DNA of 32,000 nucleotides from Mycoplasma mycoides subsp. capri (GTDB lineage Bacteria; Bacillota_I; Bacilli_A; Mycoplasmatales; Mycoplasmataceae): NCBI RefSeq assembly GCF_018389705.1, contig NZ_CP065581.1, positions 360,001 to 392,000 of the forward strand, read 5' to 3'. Shown piece by piece: positions 10,096 to 19,731 of this stretch (position 1 is its first letter; each line of letters starts with the position of its first letter). The notes under the pieces were generated by a model. It saw only the letters and a program-made list of their open reading frames with translations, ran no database searches and was not told where the DNA came from. The position numbers and the translations under genes were made by a program.

Positions 10096-10944
10096 ATGAA
10101 AGCTAGTTTAAAAGAGGAATTATTAAAAGCTAGAAATAATGGGTATGCAGTTGGTGCTTTTAATTTTGATAATCTTGAAATGTTAAAAGCAATAGTTGAA
10201 GCGGCTGAAGAATCAAATTCACCAGTAATTATAATGGTTACAGAATCTGCTGCTAAATATATAGGAAAAGAAATAGTTATAGCTAGTGCTAATGCAATTA
10301 TTAATAACACTAAAGTTCCTATAGTTTTACATTGAGATCATGGTTATGATTTAGATTTACTTAAATGAGCTTGTGATAATCATTTTTCATCAGTAATGTT
10401 GGATGCTTCATTGGATGATTTTAATACTAATGTAAGTAAGACCTTAGAAATAGTTAGGTATGCAAAATCAAAAAGTGTGGAAGTCGAATCTGAAATTGGT
10501 CATGTTGGTGGTAAAGAAGATGATACGGACTCAAATATAAATAAATATACTGGTGTTAAAGAAGCAATTAAGTTTGCTAATTTAACTAATGTTGATGCTT
10601 TAGCTATAGCTATAGGAACAAGTCATGGATTTTTTAAAACTGCACCTAATTTAAACTTTAAAAGAATAAAAGAAATTAATAGTGTCATAGATACACCTCT
10701 AGTTTTACATGGATCAAGTGGTCTTAGTGATACTGATTTAAAAAAAGCAATAAAGGCTGGTATCTGCAAGATAAATATTGGAACTGATTTAAAAATAGCA
10801 TATGCTGATAGTTTAAAAGAGTGATTTGAGCTAAACACAAATAGTTATGATGCTAGAAAATTTGGCCGCTTTGCAATTGATAAAATAAAAGAATTAGTTA
10901 AAAATAAACTTGAAATTTTAGGTTCAGTAAATAAGGCTAGTTAA
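10096..10944 (+). CDS. fba: Class II ketose-bisphosphate aldolase (FbaA/GatY/KbaY family), 282 aa.
   Basis: Motifs present: GYAVGAFNFDNLE, SPVIIMVTE, LHWDHG (with a TGA Trp at 10333-10335), EIGHVGG, SHG and LVLHGSSG. Track ORFs 10096-10335 and 10396-10824 share the frame. The stop is TAA at 10942-10944. Whether this is the glycolytic enzyme or an operon-specific one is open. Confidence 0.8.
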
Positions 10945-11058
10945 TCTTTTAATATTTTTAAAAAGTTTGTATCTTATTTTTAAGCATTTTATATGAGGTA
11001 AAATTAAATATTCGAAAAATATAGATAACTACGTACAATTATTTTTTAAAAAGTAGAA

Positions 11059-11088
11059 TTTGTCCCTTTTAATATCATTTTGTCCCTT
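11059..11088. repeat. Direct repeat TTTGTCCCTT x2 with a 20-bp period, upstream of the ATPase gene. It is a possible operator or part of the promoter.
   Basis: The motif tttgtccctt occurs at 11059-11068 and 11079-11088. These are locally GC-rich islands in AT-rich spacer. They are followed by ttgttatactaat (a -10-like TATACT) and an AAAGGA RBS before the ATG at 11124. Confidence 0.4.
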
Positions 11089-11123
11089 GAGTTGTTATAC
11101 TAATATTAAAGGATTGATGTGTT

Positions 11124-12182
11124 ATGAAAAAGGGTGCAGTTATAAATCTAATCAAGTATTATGTTGAACACAATGACTATGCTTTTAGAAATCAAGCTTA
11201 TGAAATAGCTTATGATTTTGAAAAAATGGGTGATTATCAATTATTTGATTATATAGTAGGAATGTTATCTGGAAACAATATATTTGTTCCTCAAGATTTA
11301 AAAAATGATTTAGCTTTTGCTAGTAAAGTCAAAATTGATAATGAAAAGATATTTCTACCAGATGTTATTAAACAAGATGTTATAGGTTTAATTAATGCTA
11401 CAAATCATAAGGTTGGAGTAAATAAGTTTTTATTTACAGGCTTACCTGGAACTGGTAAAACTGAATGTGCGAAATTAATTGCTAGAAATTTAAATAGAGA
11501 GTTATTTATAGCGAATTTTTCAACTCTAATTGATAGTAAATTAGGACAAACTGTAAAAAATATTACTAGTCTATTTGAAGAAATAAATAATCTAGCAAAT
11601 CCATCAAAAGTAATTATTTTATTTGATGAAATTGATGCTTTAGCTTTAGATAGAACTAATTCAACTGATCTAAGAGAAATGGGAAGAGCAACAACTGCTG
11701 TTTTTCAAGGATTAGATAATTTAAATTCTCAGATTTTATTAATAGCTACAACTAATTTATTTAAACATTTTGATAAAGCTTTATTAAGAAGATTTGATTC
11801 AATAATTAATTTTGATCGTTATTCTAAACAAGATCTAATTGATATTAGTGAAATTATTTTTAACGAATATATTCAAAAATTTGATAATTTAACAAAAAAT
11901 ATCAGATTGTTTAAAAAAATAATTGCTTTATATGAAGATATTCCAAATCCTGGTGATTTAAAAAATATTATTAAAACCTCTTTAGCTTTTAGTGATCCAA
12001 ATAATCCAGTTGATTATTTTAAAAGGTTATATAAAAATGTTTTAGAAAGTAATTCGATAAATTTTGATTCAACTGATACTGAACTTAAATATTTACAATT
12101 AAAAGGTTTTACTTTAAGAGAAACTGAAATTTTAACTGGTGTTTCAAAAAGTCAAGTTTCAAGAGATCTTAAAGGAGAGTAA
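11124..12182 (+). CDS. Classical-clade AAA+ ATPase with a C-terminal helix-turn-helix, 352 aa. IetA-like by architecture.
   Basis: Motifs present: Walker A GLPGTGKTECAK, Walker B VIILFDEIDAL, sensor-1 LLIATTN and the Arg-finger region KALLRRFD. The C-terminal LRETEILTGVSKSQVSRDLKG looks like a resolvase/sigma-region-4-type HTH. The gene has no internal TGA. Confidence 0.8.
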   Translation: MKKGAVINLIKYYVEHNDYAFRNQAYEIAYDFEKMGDYQLFDYIVGMLSGNNIFVPQDLKNDLAFASKVKIDNEKIFLPDVIKQDVIGLINATNHKVGVNKFLFTGLPGTGKTECAKLIARNLNRELFIANFSTLIDSKLGQTVKNITSLFEEINNLANPSKVIILFDEIDALALDRTNSTDLREMGRATTAVFQGLDNLNSQILLIATTNLFKHFDKALLRRFDSIINFDRYSKQDLIDISEIIFNEYIQKFDNLTKNIRLFKKIIALYEDIPNPGDLKNIIKTSLAFSDPNNPVDYFKRLYKNVLESNSINFDSTDTELKYLQLKGFTLRETEILTGVSKSQVSRDLKGE

Positions 12183-12184
12183 GT

Positions 12185-14449
12185 ATGAATGAAATATTAG
12201 AAATAAAGCCTAAATTTTTTTATGAAGAATTTAGTGCTTTAGGTGGATCTATAAAATTGCCTAAAAATTCAAAACCAGTTAGTTTAGATCATCTTTTAAA
12301 ATTAAAAAAAGATTTGGAAAATGTTTATTTATTTTGAATCAAAAAACAAGTTAGTTTTAATCCAATAGTTAGTGTGTATTATAAACGTATTATTGCAAAA
12401 AGTAATAGAATAAAAGGGTTATTTAAAAGTACATTAGATGAAAATAACGAATTAATAGTTGGTTCAAGATTTTATGATGATAGTGACAAAAAACAAATAA
12501 TTACTTATTGTGTTAGTTTAAGAGATCTAAATAAAGCATTAAATAACTTAAAACAAATTATTGAAATTGTGAAAAAATATTTCTCTAATGGTGTGTCATA
12601 TGAGATTATTGAAAAAATAAATGACAATAAATATGATAAATTATTTAACAATAAAGAAAATATGATCTCTAAAACTAGGTTTGTAAGTATTATTGTTGAT
12701 GCCTATTATATAGAAGCTTTAAGAGTAGATAACTATAATAAAGAAGTTTCTAATAATTCTATAATCACTATTTATGATACAAAAACAGAGTTAAAAGATA
12801 TTTTTAAATGACTTAATATAGATGTTTCAAAAATGAATAAAATTGATGAAACTACTTTTTGAGCAACTCCTGAGATTTATGAAATATTTAAATTTAAAGC
12901 ACCTTATTTAATTGCAATGTCAACTGATGACAAAATATATCTTGATTATGAAACTGAAAAGAAAATAAAAACTAGTATTGATGAAGAATTTACTATACCA
13001 GATCCAACTAATGAACCAATAATTGGTGTTATTGATACACTTTTTTCAAATCAAGTTTATTTTAATAAATGAGTTGAATATAAAGAAATGATAGATAAAA
13101 ATATTTATGTTTATGATAATGATTATGATCATGGAACTGCTGTAAGTTCTATTATTGTTGATGGTCCTAGATTAAATCCAAAACTAGATGACGGATGTGG
13201 AAGATTTAGAGTAAAGCATTTTGGAATAGCTGCTTCTAATTACTTTAACTCTCTTTCATTATTAAGAGTAATAGAAGAAATTATTATTTCAAATAGAAAT
13301 ATTAAAGTTTGAAACCTTAGTTTAGGATCAAAATTTGAAATAAATGAAAACTACATATCTATAGTAGCTTCTATATTAGATAAATTACAATATCAATATG
13401 ATGTAATATTTGTTATTGCTGGAACTAATAAAATTATCAATAGTGATACTGTTAAAATAGGTTCTCCTGCTGATTCTATTAATGCTTTAGTAGTTAATTC
13501 AGTAGACTTTAAAAATAATCCAACAAATTATTCTAGAACTGGTCCTGTACTATCTTTTTTTAATAAACCAGATGTTTCATATTATGGTGGAACTATTGAT
13601 GAACCTATTTATGTTTTTACTCAAAATAATAAATTAGAAAAATCAGGAACTTCATTTGCTGCTCCTTGAATAGCAAGAAAACTAGCTTATTTAATTCATA
13701 TTATAGGTCTATCAAAAGAAGTGGCTAAAGCTTTAATTATTGATTCAGCTTGTAGTTGAAATACAGATTTTGACAATAAACATATTATCGGATATGGTGT
13801 TGTACCAATTCATATAAATGATATTTTAAAAACTCCAAAAGATGAAATTAAATTAATTGTTACTGGTGTAAATGAAAAATATAATACTTATAATAACAAT
13901 ATTTTAATTCCAACATATGATAATAAATATCCTTTTGTTTGCAAAGCTACATTATGTTATTTTGTAGATTGTTCAAGACAACAAGGTGTAGATTATACTA
14001 ATACTGAATTAAGTATTAAATTTGGGCGAATTAAAAAAGATAAAAATAATAAACTACAAATCATAGATATAAACAAAAATAACCAAGACACAGATCAATT
14101 AATTTATGAAAAAGAAGCTAGAGAATGATATAGAAAATGAGATAACGTTAAACACATTAAAGAAAAACTATTTACTACAAAACAACAAAAGCTAAGACCT
14201 AAAAAAGTCTATGATAATCTTAATTGAGCTATTTCTATTAAAACAAAGCAACGAATAAATTCTAAAAATAAAAAACAAATAAATTTTGGTCTTGTTATAA
14301 CTTTAAAAGAAATCAATGGAGTTAATAGAATTGATGAATTTATTAAGCTTTGAACTTCTAATTTTCATCCTTATATAGTACGTAGAATTAGTATTGAAAA
14401 TAGTTTAAAAAATTATCAAAAAAACTTTGAAGAAATTAATTTTGAATAA
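12185..14449 (+). CDS. Cytoplasmic S8 (subtilisin-family) serine peptidase with large unassigned N- and C-terminal domains, 754 aa. IetS-like by architecture.
   Basis: I translated the whole frame by hand. It contains 11 in-frame TGAs (12335, 12809, 12860, 13070, 13310, 13667, 13757, 14126, 14138, 14225, 14351) and no TAA or TAG until 14447-14449. The catalytic boxes are IGVIDTLF (Asp codon 13034), DHGTAVSS (His codon 13130) and SGTSFAAPW (Ser codon 13652). The ATG lies 2 nt after the ATPase stop, with AAGGAG inside the ATPase 3' end. There is no signal peptide or lipobox. Confidence 0.85.
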
Positions 14450-14673
14450 TACTAGTTAAAACATTTAACAATTACATGCAAAGATAAAATAAATATTAAA
14501 AATTTTTACAATATTTTTTTATCTTTTTTTTATAAATTTTAATAAATGTTTTAATTAATATGAAACAATACTTTATTTGTATATAATAAAAAATACTTTA
14601 AAATATATTAGTTAAGTAGGTATATTTTTTTAATAGATATAAACATATAAAATTCTATTTAAGGAGTAAAATA

Positions 14674-16932
14674 GTGTATTTTTTTAAAAAGAAGAAAAAC
14701 AAGATTTTAATATATGCTTTACTAGCTAGTTTAGCTACTTCTTTATCATTTGGTTCGGTTATATATTATTCAATTTCAGATGCAAATATTTCATTTGAAA
14801 CTTCATCAAATGGAATAACTGATGCTGATTTAACTCCAATTAATAACGCAGCAAATGATGCAATTATTTCAAATAGAGATAATAAATTAAAACCAAATCC
14901 TGAAAAAATTATTAAAGAATCTGAAAAACAAGAATTAAATAAACTAGTAATTCCTAAAAAAGAAGAAAAAGAAATAAAAGAAGCAGCAAAACCTGAAATA
15001 AAACCAGAAATTAATAAACCACAAAGTAGTACAATCAGACAAAATACTAGCAGATCAAAAACTAAAATTTCAATAAATGGTGTTGAAGTTGAAGCTGAAA
15101 TTGAAGGACCAGTAGGATTTCATGTTCATGACCAAGATAGAACTAGAAAAATAACAAATCCAACTAAACCATATCAAAATCATACAGTTGGTAAAATTAT
15201 TAGTATTGAAGTAACTGAAGAATTGAAAAAAAGTGTTTTAAATAATGCATTAGTTGCTCCTGATGGTCATGAAGATAAAGGTGCGGGTTTATTTAACAAT
15301 ACATTAATGCAGGTTTTTGATAGTGAATTAAATGGAGCATCTGATTTAATAAAAGCATTAGAAACTTTAGAAGCAATTGGAAAAGTTAATTCAGACTTTT
15401 TTAAAAATAATATTGAACGTTATCAAAAATTATTAGACTCTCCAAAAGTTGTAGACTTTTTAAAAGAGGATGCAAAGAAAAAATATCCTGAACTAAAAAC
15501 AAAATTTAAAACTAAAACTCAAGAATATATTTGATTAATTCATAATTTAGATAAATCTAAATTTACAACAATTGCATCTCGATCTGAAAAATATTTAAAA
15601 GAAGGTTTAACAATTTCACCAAGAAATGCTTTTATTAACGAAAATGGAGAAATTGATTCTCATTCGTGAGGACCTCCTGCTCAATTTAACACAGTAACTT
15701 CTAGAATGCAAAGAGATAATTCTGAATATAGAATTTTTGATTATGACGCATGACAAACTAGAACTCCTGGAGATATTGATGCTGGTAATTTTCCTGGTTG
15801 AAAAAAAGAAAATGTAACTTCACAATTTGCTAATAAATTCAATTTTTCTGAAAATGATGGAATCACAGTTACTAGATTAACTAGAGAAAAACAAACTAAT
15901 GCAAAAGATAAAATTAATACTGGTTTAGTTTTAGAATTAGATGTTTCAAATCCTAATGCTTATAAAAAAGCTAAAGAACTAATTAATAAATTTAAAACAA
16001 ATGATGAAAAAATCACTTCTTATAGAATTAAAAATATGGGTGAAGTTGATACTTCTCAAAGTTTTAAACAAATATTAGATGAACTTCCAAATGAAATTCC
16101 ACAATTAGAATTGTTCTTTTCAGACAAAGCAACAAATACTGCTAGTTTAATTGCTTTAGAAAATAAAAAAATTAAAGAATTATCATTATTTACTAATGGA
16201 AATTCACTAAGAGAGGCTTGATCATATAATCCTTTATCATTTAGAAATACAACATATATTAATAATTTAGATTACAATGTTAGTTATGATTATTCAAAAT
16301 ATGAAAAAATATCAACAAGAATTACTTTTAATACACTAGCTTTTGATGAAAATGATTATAAAAACAATGGTGATTATCAAAGAATTAATGATGGGTTACG
16401 AATGGTTTATTATGCAAGAAATAATGAACCGTTCTTCCAAGGAGCATTTGGTCCTGGATTAACTCCTGATAAAAAACTTGGAGATAATAGCTATCCATCT
16501 AAACTAGATTTTTCAAGAGTTACTGGTATTAAATCATTAAAAGGTTTAATTTTTCATGATGAATATGATTCATCAAATAAACCTAGAAAAATCACTGAAC
16601 TAACTTTATATAATAACCAAGATTTCTTTGAAATAGAAGCTGATGAATTAGATAAAGCAAACTTAGAGCATTTATCAACTGGAGAAAATAGTCCAATTAA
16701 ACCAAAAATCAACTTTAGTAATGGTAATTCAACTAGAGGTATAAGAATTAAAGGAACTAGTGAACTAACTGAATCTGGTAGAAAAAATCTTGAAAAATAC
16801 TTTGATTATAGTGATAGTTTAAAATTTGCTGGTAAACAAATTCAAGTTGATGCAAACTCAACTAAGTTAAAAGAACAATTAAGATCTTGAGGATATAGTG
16901 TTTCTGATTCAAATACTAGATCATTTACTTAA
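14674..16932 (+). CDS. mib: MIB-family (Mycoplasma immunoglobulin-binding, Protein M-related) membrane-anchored protein, copy 1, 752 aa.
   Basis: It has a GTG start 8 nt after AAGGAG and an N-terminal Lys-rich segment plus TM anchor. Track ORFs 14674, 16036 and 16402 share one frame. I translated the joins by hand and found only TGA. The conserved blocks are QLELFFSDKATNTASLIALENKKIKELSL and MVYYARNNEPFFQG. The size fits the ~83-kDa MIB. Confidence 0.8.
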
Positions 16933-16951
16933 TCTAAAAGGAAAATAAATA

Positions 16952-19516
16952 ATGAAAAAAATTAATAAATTATTAATGTTAATTTCTTCATCAACTTTAC
17001 TTATTCCACTGACTTTGTTAGTTTCTTGTAAATCAGTAAATAAAAAGACAAGCAAACCTTTAAGTGATAATGAATTTATTAGTTTAGTTCAATCTATTAA
17101 TAGTGAAGATGATCTTTTAAAATATGCTGATATTAAATATAAAGATCCATCAGGTGATCAAATCACTAAAGAAAGTGTTTTACCTACAAGATTAAGTAAT
17201 GATGATATATCTATTATTTTTAAAGATCTATATGATAAACAAATTAGTGCTAATGTTACAAATATAAAATTAAAAACTACTAATAATCCATTTGAAGTTA
17301 TAAATGAAGCTATTATTTTTATTGAATTTAAAAATACTTCAACTAGTAAAACTAAAACTAATAAAATTAAGTTTACTGGTTTAAATACTAAAAACACAGT
17401 TGATAATTCAGGTCATAAAGTTTTAGATGAACTAGCATACTTTAATGGTGAAGCTGGATATACTAACTATACTAATTTAAGTCAAAAAGAAAGATTTAAA
17501 TTTGATAATGATAAGTATATAAAAAGATTAGAGTCTGAATTTGGTGGTTCTAATATTGATATACAAAAATTTAGAGGTTTAGAAACTAATCAAGATAATA
17601 TAAATAATTTTGATAAGCAAGCTGAATCAAGTAATTTTGATACTTATTATAATGCTGCTTTAAAAGGATTTACTTTACCTGTTTATAAAGATGGTAAGGT
17701 TAGCGGATTAAAAATTAATGATGCCTCAGAAACTATAAAAGGACCATCACCAATTGATTCATTAGGTAGAAATCAAAAAGCAAAAACTAATGGATTAGCT
17801 AGAACTATACCAAATAAAACCTATAAAACTGCTGCTATTCAAACTTTTCAAGTAAGCTTTAAAGGCTGAAAAGATTATGCTCAAGAAATAGCTGAAGCAC
17901 AATATTATATAAAGTTGTTTGAAAAATGAACTGATGAGCAAATCAAAGCTTATATTGATAGACAATTATGACAATTAGAACAAAATCTTAAATATGATTT
18001 AAATTTAGTAGAAAAAGATATTGCTACAACTAGATCTGATTTAACTGGAGTAATTGCTGAACATAACAAAAAAAAGGCACGAATTCAATCTGAATTTGAA
18101 CAAGAAAAGAAAAAAATATCTGCTTTAAATAAAAATGGATTAGTTCAATGACAAAAAGAAGAAATTGAAAAATATAAAAAGAAAAAAGAAGAAAAGATTT
18201 TTCAAACTTCAGAATCTGGAACTATGTGAATAATGGATTATATTAATGAAAGTAACAATAAAACTCCAACCAAGTTTTATTTTGGAACAAATTCACATGT
18301 TGCTAAAGCTATAAAAGATGATTTAGTTTCAGTTTCATTAACTAGAATTAATTCAGATATTAATGTTGGTCAAACTTTTAATATAAACAGTTTTGATAAA
18401 AACTTTACAACTTTTACATTTGAAGCTGAACATAATAATAAAATTAGTGATGCTGTTACTGCTATTTTTCATGCAACCGATTTTATCAATAATGATATTA
18501 ATCCAGTTAACTTATTAGAATCTAGTCAAAAAGAAAAATATAAAGATGCTGGGATATTTGCTGATTTTGCTGTTATTGAAATAGATTTTGAAAAACTACT
18601 AAAGACTGATAATTACAAACGCTCTATTTGAAATGAAAAAACAGAAATTTCGTCTAAATCACCAACTAATCAAGATGAATTAATTAAAATGATTACTAAT
18701 GATTATTCAAATAGTGAACAAAAAATTCAATTTGAATCTAATTCACTACTAGATCAAACGTTTTATAATACTTTTGATAGAAAGCTTGATTTTAACCATA
18801 ATAAATCTGAAGATATACAAAAATATAAAGATCTAAATAGTTTTTATATTTTAGGTTATCCGTCTTCAAAAGAAGATCATTATTTAGAAAAATATTATGA
18901 TCAAAAACAATTAGATTATCAAAAATATGACTTTTCATTATGAGTAAATAGTGAGTATAAATATTATAAAAACATAGTCAAAAAAGAAGGTTATACTAGT
19001 TCTTTTAAAGATTATGAATTAGATAAAGGAAACTTTTTATCATATCAAATCGGATATAGATCATTTATTGATAAACCAGGATTAACTGATGCATTTTTAG
19101 CAGCTCATAGAATCGGTAATGATTTATACACACTTTATGATAAAGATAAAAAAGAAGTTAAACGCTATTTTAATTATGGATTAGAAATACTACCAAGATT
19201 TTATGCTCCAAGTGGTGGAGCTAGTGGGTCTAGTGTTAGAACAAAAGACAATAAATTAATTGCAGTATTTCATGCAGCAAATTATGTTGCAAAAACTGGG
19301 TTAGCTGCAACATTTAGATCTAATGGTTATGATTATAAGAATTTATTTGGTAATTATAAATTAGGTCAATATGATTTAATTTATGGTGGTGGAAAAGATC
19401 AAATTAGTGGTAGATCTTATAGAGAAGTTATGCAAAAATTATATAAAGATAAAAAGAGTGCATTATTTGCTAATGGGTTTAACGAAATTCCTGAAAGTTT
19501 TAAATTTAATAATTAA
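16952..19516 (+). CDS. mip: MIP-family Ig-specific serine endopeptidase (lipoprotein with a DUF31 protease domain), copy 1, 854 aa.
   Basis: The lipoprotein signal is MKKINKLLMLISSSTLLIPLTLLVSC. A coiled-coil segment is followed by SGTMWIMDY...FYFGTNSHVA (His), DFAVIE (Asp) and PSGGASGSSV (Ser), which form a trypsin-fold-like triad. Track ORFs 16952, 18233 and 18689 share the frame. I translated the 17870-18232 join codon by codon; the later joins and the C-terminal stretch (18944-19516) were read only quickly and rest mainly on paralog similarity. The gene starts 19 nt after MIB1. Confidence 0.8.
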
Positions 19517-19535
19517 TAAAACAAAATAAAATATG

Positions 19536-19568
19536 AAAAATCCTTTAGCTAGTACTAAAGGATTTTTT
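19536..19568 (+). terminator. Rho-independent terminator after unit 1.
   Basis: The stem aaaaatcctttag (19536-19548) pairs with ctaaaggattttt (19555-19567), followed by a T-run. Confidence 0.75.
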
Positions 19569-19731
19569 AACTTAGATTTGATGTTGAATATATAAAAGAA
19601 TTACTTTAAAATATCTAAGTTAATATATTGATCATATTAAATTTAATTTTGTGTTTAAGTTTTTTAATTTTTTATAATAATATAAATTAAATAAAAAATA
19701 GCTATTATATTAATTTTTAAGGAGAACAATA

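Noticed and set aside
10945-11058. Intergenic regions (also 3776-3968, 6177-6277 and 14450-14593) scanned for tRNA, small RNA or rRNA fragments.
   Set aside because: I saw no cloverleaf-compatible GC-rich stems and no conserved rRNA or tRNA boxes. The sequence is uniformly AT-rich spacer with promoter-like hexamers only.
12374-13312. Track ORFs 12374-12811 and 13088-13312 as separate small hypothetical genes.
   Set aside because: They share one frame with the ATG at 12185 and with everything up to 14449, separated only by TGA codons. Together they form one S8 peptidase with an ordered D/H/S triad.
12185-14449. The S8 peptidase as a secreted or surface subtilase (virulence protease) or a lantibiotic leader peptidase.
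   Set aside because: The N-terminus (MNEILEIKPKFFYEEF...) has no hydrophobic signal, lipobox or TM segment. The gene is translationally coupled to a cytoplasmic AAA+ ATPase, and no lantibiotic genes lie nearby.
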